From: an uncultured Candidatus Saccharibacteria bacterium
GTDB lineage: Bacteria; Patescibacteriota; Minisyncoccia; Phycocordibacterales; UBA2100
NCBI GenBank assembly: GCA_964399865.1
Contig: CAYNRJ010000002.1
Span: 227,108 to 263,858, forward strand
DNA: 36,751 bases
Direction: 5' to 3'
The stretch's first letter is position 1; every line of letters begins with the position of its first letter. The notes under the pieces were generated by a model. The model ran no database searches. It had not been told where the DNA came from and saw only the letters and a list, made by a program, of their open reading frames with translations. The position numbers and the translations under genes are program-made. Shown in pieces: positions 1 to 9,297 of the stretch.

Positions 1-801
1 CTCCTTCGCGAGCGCACGCCTGACGAAGCGGTGGTAGAAGAACCCAAAACCCCTATTCACGAAATGATCGGGACATCCGTAGAAGGCAGGGCTATAGACG
101 CGTACACATACGGGAATGGAGAAAAGCTTCTCGTATTCGTCGGCGGCATACATGGGGGATACGAATGGAATAGTGTTCTCCTTGCGTATAAATTTTTGGA
201 TTATCTAAACGAAAATCCAGAATTCGTCCCGCATGACTTTACGGTTACGGTAATTCCCGTGGCAAATCCCGATGGTCTTTATAAAGTGATTGGCAAAGAA
301 GGCCGATTTACGATGCAAGATGTGTCCTCGTCTCAAGAGGTGCAAATTGCCGGGCGATTTAATGCCAACGGCGTGGACCTTAATCGCAATTTTGATTGTA
401 AGTGGAAGCCGGAGAGTTCTTGGCGGGGGGATGTGGTCAGCGCGGGCACCTCGGCGTTCTCGGAGCCGGAGGCGCGTGCGCTGCGCGATTTCATTTTACG
501 GAAGGATCCGGACGCAGTTGTTTATTGGCATAGTCAGGCCAACGCAGTGTATGCCTCTGAATGTGAAGATGGCATTCTTCCCGAGACGCTCTCAATTATG
601 AACGCCTACGCAAACGCTGCGGGCTATTCAGCTGTAGAGTCTTTCGATGCGTATGAAGTCACAGGTGACACGGAAGGATGGCTTGCGTCTATCGGCATTC
701 CAGCGATTACTGTCGAGCTTTCGACTCACGAGTCGATCGAATGGGAGAAAAACCTCGCAGGTATCAAGGCACTCCTCCTGTTAAGAAATGACAATGAGTA
801 G
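1..801 (+). CDS. M14-family zinc carboxypeptidase (gamma-D-glutamyl-DAP peptidase-like), probably 5'-partial
   Basis: Track ORF 31..801. The same frame is open back to nt 1 (LLRERTPDEA...), so the true start may lie upstream. Motifs IHGGYEWNS (zinc-site-like) and NANGVDLNRNF are typical of M14 peptidases. Confidence 0.85.
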   Translation, partial: LLRERTPDEAVVEEPKTPIHEMIGTSVEGRAIDAYTYGNGEKLLVFVGGIHGGYEWNSVLLAYKFLDYLNENPEFVPHDFTVTVIPVANPDGLYKVIGKEGRFTMQDVSSSQEVQIAGRFNANGVDLNRNFDCKWKPESSWRGDVVSAGTSAFSEPEARALRDFILRKDPDAVVYWHSQANAVYASECEDGILPETLSIMNAYANAAGYSAVESFDAYEVTGDTEGWLASIGIPAITVELSTHESIEWEKNLAGIKALLLLRNDNE

Positions 802-821
802 CAAGACCGTGAATTTTCAGT

Positions 822-1058
822 ATGTATTTCGTATACATCCTACAGTGCGGTGATGGATCCTTGTACACTGGTATAACAACTGATGTTGAGCGGCGATTCA
901 ACGAGCATAAGAAAAAGAAAGGAGGTCATTATACGAGTGCAAAGGGAGCATTAAAGATCGTGTACACCGAGAAGCATCCTGACAGATCATCCGCTTCGAA
1001 AAGAGAGGCTCAAATAAAAAGAATGTCCAGGCGAGGTAAAAAACTCCTACTCCAATAA
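822..1058 (+). CDS. GIY-YIG nuclease family protein (UPF0213-like)
   Basis: 78 aa. YFVYILQC...GSLYTGITTDVERRFNEH...EAQIK matches the small stand-alone GIY-YIG domain pattern. Confidence 0.85.
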   Translation: MYFVYILQCGDGSLYTGITTDVERRFNEHKKKKGGHYTSAKGALKIVYTEKHPDRSSASKREAQIKRMSRRGKKLLLQ

Positions 1059-1336
1059 AGCGTGTCACAAGATTCCTTCTACTGCGTTCATGAAGAATTC
1101 AGTCGATAGTGATAAAAAAAGACTAGTCAGGTCGAGGTAGTTCTTGGTTGTCGTTTTATCGATCCAGTCTCCTACAAAAAGTAAGAGTGTAGCAGAGGGT
1201 ATTCATTTCTGTAGGTGAGCTGAAGATGCGACACATGCGCGGTAAGGGTAACGAATAGCTCATCGTCACCCTTACTACACCATTACAAACCCTCTAAGAG
1301 CTAGGCGCTCGAAGAGTTAACTAATTAAGTAATTAT

Positions 1337-2824
1337 ATGAGAAATCTATTACGAACAGGTCTTGCTCCGATCGTCGCAACCATTCTTGCGATAATTGCAA
1401 TGCTTTGGGTGGCGAGTACAGTTTCGGCGCAAACCGCAGGAGTTACATACACAGTAAACAGTGCTTCAGGTGTAATTACTCCTGGTGCAACCGCCCAGAC
1501 AGTAGCGAACATTACCCTCAATTACAATCAATCGGGTGGAATATATGTCTATGATATTCCTTTCAGTCTGACGGCTTCGGGCGGCGCGAACGTATCGAAT
1601 CTAAGCAATTGTCAGGCCTACAATGCATCAAACAGCGTACTTTTAGGAAGTGCAGTATTAGCTGCTGGGAACAATACGTTTCCAATTTCAAATGGAGTAC
1701 GTGTGCAGGGAGGAACTCCGACAACTGTCTCGATCCGATGTAATATCGCAACGGGGACTCCCTCCGGCGGATCGTTCCAATTCACGTCAACCGGAAGCAC
1801 CACAACTCCAACACCAGGTACTGCTGTCATAACTGCTGTTTCGCCATCGACTTCATTGACGGCGGGTGGCACAGGTCAGACAGTTGCAAACATTACACTC
1901 ACGAATAATCAGTCTGGAACAGTGGCATCTGTGACACAGATTCCGCTAAACGTCACAACCTCGGGTGGAGCATCGCTGGGTCAGCTTTCTTCCTGTCAGG
2001 TCTACAACCAGAGTGGAACAGCGATCTCAAGTGGTGCCAATGTGTTGAATTCCGTCCAGAACGCAAATACGGTAACTCTAAACAATGCCCTCCAGGTATC
2101 GGGTAACACCACTGAGAACCTCACGCTTCGCTGCAATGTTGCAAGCGGATTCCCATCTGGCGGTACGTACCAGTTCTCAAGCACTGGCAATCCGCCAACC
2201 ACAACGCCAGCAGCGTCCCTCTCCGTATCGACTCCTGGAACATCGATCTCTCCGATAATTCAACCAGGGGCACAGGATGCGCTCCTTGCGATCGTGTCGC
2301 TGAGCGCAGCAGGATCTGGGAATGACATCACGATCTCATCGCTTCCTCTTACTGTGACAACAGGCGCAGGGGTGTTCGCGAACGACCTTACAGATTGTCG
2401 TGTACGAAATCTGAGTGGAGGAAATGCGGTCCTTAACACAGGCGCAAACGTTCCGGGTGTTATTACAACTGGCTCAAATGCGTTTCGTCTTGACTCTGCT
2501 CTCACGATCGCGCGTGGATCAACCACAAACCTCGCCGTTACCTGTGATGTGAGCGCTACGGCTACGCGAAGTGGAACAATCCAACTCGGGATCGTTCCTT
2601 CCTCCCTCAGCGCAACCGCTGTAGGAACAGGAGCAGGTGTGGTGCCAACGGGAAGCGGTAATGGCAGCATGATCCTTATCGCACCGGCCACAACTCCGAC
2701 GACACCAGGTGTTCCTAACACCGGAGCAGGTGGTAGCGCAGGGAGAAATGTCCTTGCGCTCACTCTCTCGGGTTTAGTGACCTTGGCTGCAGGACTCTAT
2801 CTCCGCAGAAAGCTCGCCAACTAG
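1337..2824 (+). CDS. Sortase-anchored surface protein with three ~125-aa internal repeats
   Basis: N-terminal signal/TM segment. Three collinear repeats (approx nt 1433-1810, 1811-2197, 2198-2611) each carry TVANITL..NQSG, a Cys...Cys pair and a PSGG..QF.STG-like end. The C-terminus is VPNTG (2711-2725), then a hydrophobic stretch and an RRK tail, which is an LPXTG-type sorting signal. A sortase gene is immediately downstream. Confidence 0.8.
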   Translation: MRNLLRTGLAPIVATILAIIAMLWVASTVSAQTAGVTYTVNSASGVITPGATAQTVANITLNYNQSGGIYVYDIPFSLTASGGANVSNLSNCQAYNASNSVLLGSAVLAAGNNTFPISNGVRVQGGTPTTVSIRCNIATGTPSGGSFQFTSTGSTTTPTPGTAVITAVSPSTSLTAGGTGQTVANITLTNNQSGTVASVTQIPLNVTTSGGASLGQLSSCQVYNQSGTAISSGANVLNSVQNANTVTLNNALQVSGNTTENLTLRCNVASGFPSGGTYQFSSTGNPPTTTPAASLSVSTPGTSISPIIQPGAQDALLAIVSLSAAGSGNDITISSLPLTVTTGAGVFANDLTDCRVRNLSGGNAVLNTGANVPGVITTGSNAFRLDSALTIARGSTTNLAVTCDVSATATRSGTIQLGIVPSSLSATAVGTGAGVVPTGSGNGSMILIAPATTPTTPGVPNTGAGGSAGRNVLALTLSGLVTLAAGLYLRRKLAN

Positions 2825-2847
2825 ACGCTCACTAGTTGCGTGGAATC

Positions 2848-2883
2848 GGAGCAGCGGATGATATAACGATCATCCGCTGCTCC
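2848..2883 (+). terminator. 15-bp perfect hairpin between the surface-protein and sortase genes (no U-tract)
   Basis: ggagcagcggatgat / ataacg / atcatccgctgctcc. It is followed by cccacagg rather than a T-run, so it may be an attenuator or mRNA-stability element rather than a full terminator. Confidence 0.5.
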
Positions 2884-2911
2884 CCCACAGGAAGACTTCA
2901 AAGATCACTAT

Positions 2912-3538
2912 ATGAAAATAATTCCCATAATTCTCGCGGTCGCAACCCTTGTCATCGGAAGTGTCGTCTTTCTTTCGGTGGGAGGGAAGGCAATCGTCTA
3001 TGGATCTGACACTGAAGTACGCGAAGGCGCAGAGTCATCAGAAGAGCACAGTGAAGAAATAGTCGTTCCTGCCGCGATGACATTGCAGATTCCTGTTCTC
3101 AATATCGATGCTGACATTGAGTTCGTTGGAATAAACGAAAAGGGGAATATGGCAAGTCCGGCAAAATATGAGGATGTCGCGTGGTATAAGCACGGCCCTG
3201 TGCCTGGGGAGATCGGTAGTGCAGTGATAGCAGGGCACCTAGACAATGGACTTGGGCTTCGAGGTGTATTTGAAGATCTGTCTAATCTCAAAAAAGGGGA
3301 TGATGTGTACGTGAATAAAATAAATGGAGAGCGGCTCCATTTCGTTGTAGCTGAGATAGTCACGTATCCGTATAAAGAAGTTCCCACTGAGCTCCTATTC
3401 AATCAAGCAGATGATGAGCGACTAAACCTTGTCACCTGCGTTGGGAAGTGGCTCAGTAAGGAAAAGACATATAGTGAGCGGCTCATAGTGTACACAACAC
3501 TCGTGGGGAATAGTCTGTCATCAGATATCAGCTTATAA
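2912..3538 (+). CDS. Sortase family transpeptidase
   Basis: N-terminal TM anchor, active-site His context AVIAGHLD, catalytic Cys context LNLVTCVG (TLxTC-like) and a downstream Arg (SERLIVY). Confidence 0.85.
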   Translation: MKIIPIILAVATLVIGSVVFLSVGGKAIVYGSDTEVREGAESSEEHSEEIVVPAAMTLQIPVLNIDADIEFVGINEKGNMASPAKYEDVAWYKHGPVPGEIGSAVIAGHLDNGLGLRGVFEDLSNLKKGDDVYVNKINGERLHFVVAEIVTYPYKEVPTELLFNQADDERLNLVTCVGKWLSKEKTYSERLIVYTTLVGNSLSSDISL

Positions 3539-3553
3539 ATAATTTTCTAGGAT

Positions 3554-3853
3554 ATGAATTCAAAAAACGTAGTGATAGGGGTCTTGGTAATCGCTGTACT
3601 CATCCTCTGTTGGATGTGGCTTGATGCGCGAAATGACATGAAGAATGTTCTCGCAAATCTCGAATCTGAGACTCGCGATTACCAGGCAGAAATTAAAGAG
3701 AAGTGCGGCGAGAACGCAACACCTGCACAGATAGAAGCAAACGAAGAATGCCAGGAGGCACTCGAAGATCTTGCGGAGGCGCTTGAAGACTATCAGGTGA
3801 AGCTAGACGACGCTGAAGCGGAAGCAGAAACGGAAGCAAGTACTTCGAACTAA
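3554..3853 (+). CDS. Hypothetical membrane-anchored protein with an acidic coiled-coil tail
   Basis: 99 aa. N-terminal TM (VVIGVLVIAVLILCWMW), then an E/A/D-rich helix-like sequence. A terminator follows. Confidence 0.55.
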   Translation: MNSKNVVIGVLVIAVLILCWMWLDARNDMKNVLANLESETRDYQAEIKEKCGENATPAQIEANEECQEALEDLAEALEDYQVKLDDAEAEAETEASTSN

Positions 3854-3875
3854 TCTTTTATAGAAAAGATTTCAC

Positions 3876-3907
3876 AAAACCCTCGCACATGCGGGGGTTT
3901 TGTTTTT
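3876..3907 (+). terminator. Rho-independent terminator
   Basis: aaaaccctcgc / acat / gcgggggtttt followed by gttttt. The stem contains one G-U pair. Confidence 0.7.
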
Positions 3908-3925
3908 ATAACAAACGTAACGGTC

Positions 3926-3934
3926 TGCTATACT
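3926..3934 (+). promoter_or_regulatory. Extended -10 element TGCTATACT, 6 nt upstream of ATG 3941
   Basis: The block ctgctatactttctc(c/t)atgga recurs at 9282-9302. There is no Shine-Dalgarno site between the box and the ATG. Confidence 0.5.
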
Positions 3935-3940
3935 TTCTCC

Positions 3941-4192
3941 ATGGAAGGTTTCGATCCCAAATTGCAGGAAATGAATGCAAAAATAGATGCGATTTGGAAG
4001 TCTGTTGAAAAAACTCGCAAGTATCACCTGGTCACAATGTGGCTCACTATAGTATTCCTGGTAGTGCCTCTCGTCGCGGCAATGTTCGTACTTCCGATGT
4101 TTCTTACTTCCTACGTAGGCTCCTACGATACAGCGTCCCTTGATCCCGAAAGTAAAGGTCAAATAGAATTGCTGCAAAGTTTATTGGAGTAA
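3941..4192 (+). CDS. Hypothetical small membrane protein
   Basis: 83 aa with a central TM (LVTMWLTIVFLVVPLVAAMFVLPMFL). The -10 box is 6 nt upstream. Confidence 0.5.
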   Translation: MEGFDPKLQEMNAKIDAIWKSVEKTRKYHLVTMWLTIVFLVVPLVAAMFVLPMFLTSYVGSYDTASLDPESKGQIELLQSLLE

Positions 4193-4208
4193 TCTTACCG
4201 CTCAGAAT

Positions 4209-4682
4209 ATGAGATCGATTCTATTCATACTAGTAGGTGTTATTATTGGGCTCGGGGCTGGGCATGCACTATTCAATACGGAAAAATCGACGGAGCCTAG
4301 TACAGTAGATGCATCCTCGATGCAGGCTCACGGCGCAATGTCGCATGCTATGTTGGAGATCGATAAGACAAAACCAATACCGAACGTTTCCATCGATGTG
4401 ATGCCGGATTCCAAGGATGGGTACAACATACATGTTACGACTAGAAATTATTCCTTCACTCCTGAGAGTGCTGGAGATGCGCCAATCGCAAACACGGGGC
4501 ATGCGCACCTATTTGTAAACGGAACGAAAGTTGCCAGAGTGTACGGCGAGTGGATATACGTCGGTCCGGAATTATTTCGGGAGGGTACGAATGTAATCCA
4601 AGTGACCCTCAATGCAAACGATCATAGTGAGTGGGCGATCGATGGTATGCATATCGCTGCAGAAGCGAAGGTTGAACGATAA
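4209..4682 (+). CDS. Hypothetical membrane-anchored/secreted protein
   Basis: 157 aa. N-terminal TM, then a beta-rich-looking domain with GHAHLFVNG. I do not recognise a family with confidence. Confidence 0.6.
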   Translation: MRSILFILVGVIIGLGAGHALFNTEKSTEPSTVDASSMQAHGAMSHAMLEIDKTKPIPNVSIDVMPDSKDGYNIHVTTRNYSFTPESAGDAPIANTGHAHLFVNGTKVARVYGEWIYVGPELFREGTNVIQVTLNANDHSEWAIDGMHIAAEAKVER

Positions 4683-4688
4683 TCGATC

Positions 4689-4988
4689 GTGAAAAGGTAC
4701 AAGGTACAATCGAAAGTCGTATTGTGGCCGGGCGAACAGGGTGCATGGCATTTTGCGCACGTAGATAAGAAACAATCAGCAGAACTTAAGGAGAAATTTA
4801 CCGCACACAAAAGAGGGTTCGGCTCGATCCGCGTCGAAGTGACGTTAGGGAAAACGCAATGGGATACATCTATTTTCCCAGATAGTCGTTCGGGCACGTA
4901 TCTCTTGCCGCTCAAGGCAAAGATTCGTTCCGCAGAAGGAATCCAGGATGGGGATTCGATAGCTTTTGTACTAGTTCCTAGGACGTGA
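4689..4988 (+). CDS. DUF1905-like protein
   Basis: 99 aa with a GTG start. The pattern WHFAHVDKK...GFGSIRVEVTLGKTQWDTSIFPD..G.YLLPLKA resembles DUF1905/YdeI N-terminal domain proteins. Confidence 0.65.
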   Translation: MKRYKVQSKVVLWPGEQGAWHFAHVDKKQSAELKEKFTAHKRGFGSIRVEVTLGKTQWDTSIFPDSRSGTYLLPLKAKIRSAEGIQDGDSIAFVLVPRT

Positions 4989-5682
4989 ATCCAATTGATT
5001 TGAGGAATGTCGCAAGTTCTGGGCCTTCAATCTTCCGATATTCTCCAGTTTTCAAACCCTTAAGTCCGATGTTCATGATACGCGTTCGTTCGAGTTCGGC
5101 TGTGGTAAGTCCGAGCGCAGAACACATGCGACGAATCTGATGTTTCTTGCCCTCAGTAATAGTAATGAGGAATTTTTTCTTGCTGAGCACTTTCACTTTG
5201 CATGGCTTCGTCATGTAGCCTTCAATATCAACGCCTCGTTCCATGCGAAGTTTGAGATTATTTGGTAGCTCTTCATTTGTCGTCACCACGTACTCTTTTT
5301 CGTGCTCGTATTCAGGGTTAAGAAGTTTGTCAGTGATGCGGCCATCGTCGGTAAGAATGATAAGGCCATGGGAGTCTTTATCGAGTCTGCCGATAGGGAA
5401 AACACCTACCAAAGGGATGCTCTGGCGGATGTCACGCTCATCTTCTTCTGGGGAGTGTGTGATCACGCCCCGGGGCTTGTTGTATGCGAAATAGCGATGT
5501 TCTTTCGTGCGAAAGCGGACCTCCACGACGTCATTTTCGGACACTTTATCTCCCAAAACGGCCTTTCTTCCATTGATAAGCACTTTACCTTGCTCGATAT
5601 AGGTATCGGCCTCACGCCTTGTCGCGAAGTTCTTATGCGCAAGGTACTTATTGATGCGCATCGGGTATTCAGCATCTGTCAT
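4978..5682 (-). CDS. RsuA/RluB/RluF-family pseudouridine synthase with an S4 domain
   Basis: N-terminal S4-like MRINKYLAH...SRREADTYIEQGKVLINGR and catalytic-Asp context GRLDKDSHGLIILTDDG. Its 3' end overlaps the convergent DUF1905 gene by 11 nt. Confidence 0.9.
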   Translation of the reverse strand: MTDAEYPMRINKYLAHKNFATRREADTYIEQGKVLINGRKAVLGDKVSENDVVEVRFRTKEHRYFAYNKPRGVITHSPEEDERDIRQSIPLVGVFPIGRLDKDSHGLIILTDDGRITDKLLNPEYEHEKEYVVTTNEELPNNLKLRMERGVDIEGYMTKPCKVKVLSKKKFLITITEGKKHQIRRMCSALGLTTAELERTRIMNIGLKGLKTGEYRKIEGPELATFLKSIGFTS

Positions 5683-5720
5683 GCGAGGCAGTATACATTG
5701 TGCTGAGAATAAGGTAACTT

Positions 5721-7181
5721 GTGTCGATAATGGGGAGAGAAGAAGCGCTGATCCGATTCGAGAATGTCTCGTTCGTACATGGACACAACAAGCCGATCCT
5801 TGATGAGGTGAGTTTTTCCGTACGCCGTGGTTCTAAGATAACTCTCATGGGTCAGAATGGTGCGGGGAAAAGCACCATCTTTGGTCTCATTACTCGCGCC
5901 CTATCTCCCGAGGGTGGAGACATACATATCCCACACGGGCTCTCTATCGCGATCTCACGACAGGTAATTCCTCGTACGGAGCTCGACCTTACGGTGAAGG
6001 AATTCTTTGAGAAGGTGTTTCCGAAGAAAGTGTATGATATCGATCCGAAGATCGACAAGATCTTGGAAGTCGTTCACCTGCACGCTCCGCATGACCGCAT
6101 CGTGCGCTCATTTTCTGGGGGTCAGCAGGCTCGGCTCCTCCTTGCGTCAGCCCTTATTCAGGATCCGGACCTTCTTCTTCTCGACGAGCCGACGAACAAC
6201 TTGGACAAGGCAGGTATCGCGCACCTTACGCAATTTCTTATCGAATACAAAAAAACGTGTGTCGTCATCTCGCACGATGCAGACTTCTTGAATTCATTCA
6301 CTGAAGGTGTCTTGTACCTCGATGCGCATACACGAAAAGTAGAACAGTACGCTGGAAACTATTTTGATGTGGTCGAGCAGATCAAAGTACGCATCGAGAA
6401 AGAGAACATGAAGAACGCGCAGCTCGAGAAGACAATTATTGCGAATAAAGAAAAGGCGAACTACTTTGCCCACAAAGGAGGTCAATTGCGTCTTGTCGCA
6501 AAGCGCATGCGTGAGAAGGCGGAAGCTGCTGAAGAAGAAATAGTTGAAGTGCGCAAAGAAGATAAGACTATTAAATCATTCACGATCCCTTGTCAGAGAG
6601 ATCTTTCTGGCGATCTCCTCACTATAAAATCGTATAAGACAATTAAGAACCACAAATCGGTCACGCATAAGAAAGCACTCGCACTTCGCAAGAATCAACA
6701 CCTCCTTCTCAAAGGGCCGAACGGAATCGGGAAATCGACCCTCCTTGAGGCGCTCGCATCCGGCAAGGCAGAAGGTGCGACTATCGCGGATGGCGTAAAG
6801 ATTGGTTATTACCGACAGGATTTCTCAAACCTCGATTTTGACGCTACCGTTCGCGACGTACTGTTTTCTGTCATGGATCGTGCACTGGAAGAACCTATGC
6901 GCGTCGTTGCAGCAGGATTTCTTATCTCCGGCGATCTTATTCAATCGAAGATCGGACATTTGTCCGAAGGCCAGAAAGGATTGGTTGCATTTGCGCGTCT
7001 TGTACTCATGAAGCCGGGGCTACTCATTCTCGACGAGCCAACAAATCACATCAACTTCCGTCACCTTCCGGTGATCGCACAAGCGCTCGATGAGTACGAA
7101 GGCGCGATGATCCTTGTATCGCACGTGCCTGAGTTCGTCGCAAAGATCCGCATCGATGAGGTCCTCGACCTAGAAAAGTGA
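5721..7181 (+). CDS. ABC-F family ATPase (two ABC domains, no TM domain)
   Basis: Walker A GQNGAGKST and GPNGIGKST, signatures FSGGQQARL and LSEGQKGLV, Walker B LLLLDEPTNNLD and LLILDEPTNHIN, and a charged inter-domain linker. The start could be GTG 5721 or ATG 5730. Confidence 0.9.
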   Translation: MSIMGREEALIRFENVSFVHGHNKPILDEVSFSVRRGSKITLMGQNGAGKSTIFGLITRALSPEGGDIHIPHGLSIAISRQVIPRTELDLTVKEFFEKVFPKKVYDIDPKIDKILEVVHLHAPHDRIVRSFSGGQQARLLLASALIQDPDLLLLDEPTNNLDKAGIAHLTQFLIEYKKTCVVISHDADFLNSFTEGVLYLDAHTRKVEQYAGNYFDVVEQIKVRIEKENMKNAQLEKTIIANKEKANYFAHKGGQLRLVAKRMREKAEAAEEEIVEVRKEDKTIKSFTIPCQRDLSGDLLTIKSYKTIKNHKSVTHKKALALRKNQHLLLKGPNGIGKSTLLEALASGKAEGATIADGVKIGYYRQDFSNLDFDATVRDVLFSVMDRALEEPMRVVAAGFLISGDLIQSKIGHLSEGQKGLVAFARLVLMKPGLLILDEPTNHINFRHLPVIAQALDEYEGAMILVSHVPEFVAKIRIDEVLDLEK

Positions 7182-7193
7182 TATTGTGCTCCT

Positions 7194-8183
7194 ATGCTAG
7201 TCGATGAAGTAACAATTGAATTGGAGGCAGGGCACGGAGGACGTGGCGGTGTCTCATTCCATAAAGTGCCTCTCATGCGAGGTCCGAATGGCGGGGACGG
7301 AGCTCGCGGCGGCTCAATTTACTTTGAGGGAGTGCTCGACATCAATGCACTCGCGAACTATCAACGCGTGCGTGTCGTAAAAGCTCAGAATGGAAAAAAT
7401 GGACGCGGCTCATTCGTCGATGGAAAGCGTGGTGAGGACACCATCGTGAAGGTGCCGGTGGGGACGACGATCACGAGCCTCGATAGCGGTCACGCAAGGG
7501 AAATCACGTACGTTGGCGAGCGAATCCTCGGCGCGGGCGGCGGGAACGGCGGCCGCGGTAATTACAAATTCCGCTCGGCGACCAACACGACCCCGATGGA
7601 ATTTGAGGAGGGTGTCCCGGGCGATAAAACAAAATTTCGCCTCGAACTTCGCCTCATTGCCGATGTTGGTCTTATCGGATACCCAAACGCGGGAAAATCC
7701 ACTCTTTTGAATACAGTGACGAGTGCCAAGAGTAAGATCGGAAGCTATGCGTTCACGACACTTGAGCCGCATCTTGGTTCCTACTACGGACTCATTCTTG
7801 CGGATATTCCAGGCCTCATCGAAGGCGCATCCGAAGGAAAAGGTCTCGGAGTTAAGTTCTTAAAGCATGTTGAGCGAACGAAAGTGTTATTTCATCTCAT
7901 TTCCGCTGAATCAGAGGATCCAGTGAAGGACTATAAAGTGATACGAGCGGAATTGGAGAAATATAATCCAGCATTTAAAGACAAGCCTGAGTACGTACTT
8001 CTTACAAAGATAGATATGGTCACTCCGGAAGAAGTGGAGGCAAAAGTGAAGGCTCTGAAGAAGATCAAGCTAAAGCCGATCCCTGTGTCCGTCCTCGATG
8101 CGAAGGGTCTTGAAAGCATCAAGAAGATGCTCAATGAGCTTAAGGATGAGAAGTTGGGCGAGGGAAAAAGCGCGGCGAAATAA
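7194..8183 (+). CDS. obg: GTPase Obg/CgtA
   Basis: Glycine-rich Obg fold (AGHGGRGGVSFH, GGDGARGGSI, GGGNGGRGN), then G1 GYPNAGKST, G3 DIPG and a G4-like TKID. Confidence 0.95.
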   Translation: MLVDEVTIELEAGHGGRGGVSFHKVPLMRGPNGGDGARGGSIYFEGVLDINALANYQRVRVVKAQNGKNGRGSFVDGKRGEDTIVKVPVGTTITSLDSGHAREITYVGERILGAGGGNGGRGNYKFRSATNTTPMEFEEGVPGDKTKFRLELRLIADVGLIGYPNAGKSTLLNTVTSAKSKIGSYAFTTLEPHLGSYYGLILADIPGLIEGASEGKGLGVKFLKHVERTKVLFHLISAESEDPVKDYKVIRAELEKYNPAFKDKPEYVLLTKIDMVTPEEVEAKVKALKKIKLKPIPVSVLDAKGLESIKKMLNELKDEKLGEGKSAAK

Positions 8184-8197
8184 CTCTGCCTTTATCT

Positions 8198-9205
8198 TTA
8201 TGCGGAGGCTCTCTTTCTAGCAACTGCCGATGAGTAGTACGCGGCAACAACGAATGCGAGGCCAATTCCTCCAGTGATAACCTCCGGCACTTCGACGAGA
8301 AGCCCAGCGAGCATGGCAAGCGCAAGACCCATGACGGCCCAGTGTGCGCCGTGTTCGAGATAGGTGATCGTTTCGAGGGTACGCTTTCTCACAAGAAAGA
8401 CTGTAAGGGTACGTACGAATAAAGCGCCGATACCGAGACCTACCGCAATTATCGGGATCGAGCTCGAAAGTGCGAAAGCACCGACGACCGAGTCAAGCGA
8501 GAAGGCAGAATCAAGGATGTTGAGGTAGATAAAGAGTGAAAAACCACTTGCCGCAACCGCGGTCGCCTTAGTCTTTATTGAGAATGAGCTCATGACACCC
8601 TGCATCGCAAGGAAGAGAATAATACCAATGATTCCTGAGACGAGTACGGTTGCCCTCGCTTCGTCCGGCACCATAAACGAAAGACCCGCGAGGAAAGTGA
8701 GCGCGATACCGAGCTCGATGGATTCGATACGGCCCCAACTTGCGAGACGACGTTCAATTATTTTAAGCCAGTGCTTTTCCTTTGACTCGTCCATGAAATA
8801 TTTCAGAGACACCATGATGAGGAACGATGCGCCGAATGCGTTGATCGCATACTTTGCCTCCTCCAGCATGTGCCCGTACGTTGCGGCATCGAATAGCGCG
8901 AGTTTTGCAATAACGACAGGGGATGTGAGAAGAATGAGCGATACGATAAGAATAGGAAGTACCAAACGTGTACCGAAAACCGCAATAAGGATTCCCCATG
9001 TCAGAAAGCGTTTTTGCCACACGGGCGACATGCGATCGAGGACGCGGGCGTTCAGCACGGCGTTGTCGAATGAGAGGGTAACTTCGAGGACTGAAAGTAG
9101 AACGGCGATAAAGAACGCGGAAAATCCAAGGTAATAATAGAGCCCACCGAGCGCCGCCGCTGATACAAGGAGAGAAGGCAGAAAGAATCTGACTGTGCTG
9201 GACAT
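8198..9205 (-). CDS. DUF475 / TerC-like integral membrane protein
   Basis: Polytopic membrane protein with the LEVTLSFDNAV motif characteristic of DUF475/TerC-type proteins. Confidence 0.75.
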   Translation of the reverse strand: MSSTVRFFLPSLLVSAAALGGLYYYLGFSAFFIAVLLSVLEVTLSFDNAVLNARVLDRMSPVWQKRFLTWGILIAVFGTRLVLPILIVSLILLTSPVVIAKLALFDAATYGHMLEEAKYAINAFGASFLIMVSLKYFMDESKEKHWLKIIERRLASWGRIESIELGIALTFLAGLSFMVPDEARATVLVSGIIGIILFLAMQGVMSSFSIKTKATAVAASGFSLFIYLNILDSAFSLDSVVGAFALSSSIPIIAVGLGIGALFVRTLTVFLVRKRTLETITYLEHGAHWAVMGLALAMLAGLLVEVPEVITGGIGLAFVVAAYYSSAVARKRASA

Positions 9206-9282
9206 TGGGTCCTACTGTATCACAACGGCGCCTTCAGCCAACAGTCATTTTCCAAGAAGACTGCATTGACCGCGAGAAAGCC

Positions 9283-9291
9283 TGCTATACT
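9283..9291 (+). promoter_or_regulatory. Extended -10 element TGCTATACT, 6 nt upstream of ATG 9298
   Basis: Near-identical to the element at 3926-3934. It supports ATG 9298 rather than the track start at 9205. Confidence 0.5.
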
Positions 9292-9297
9292 TTCTCT

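Noticed and set aside
290-601. Nested alternative-frame ORFs inside well-supported genes (for example 290..601, 6007..6291, 8592..9134, 16328..16771, 25435..25764, 26324..26749, 28999..29493).
   Set aside because: They lie entirely within genes that have strong family motifs in another frame, and they have no independent signals.
1241-1277. Imperfect hairpin ggtaagggtaac...gtcacccttac in the 278-nt leader upstream of the surface-protein gene, considered as a possible riboswitch or ncRNA.
   Set aside because: It is a single imperfect stem with no recognisable riboswitch core motifs. I cannot support anything beyond a possible 5' UTR structure.
9205-9297. The track start at 9205 for the 379-aa ORF, and similarly the long 5' extensions of 11151, 15585, 19782, 32042 and 33830.
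   Set aside because: The extensions overlap or abut neighbouring genes, encode implausible leader peptides, and skip internal ATGs that have a proper -10 box or SD context. I used the internal starts.
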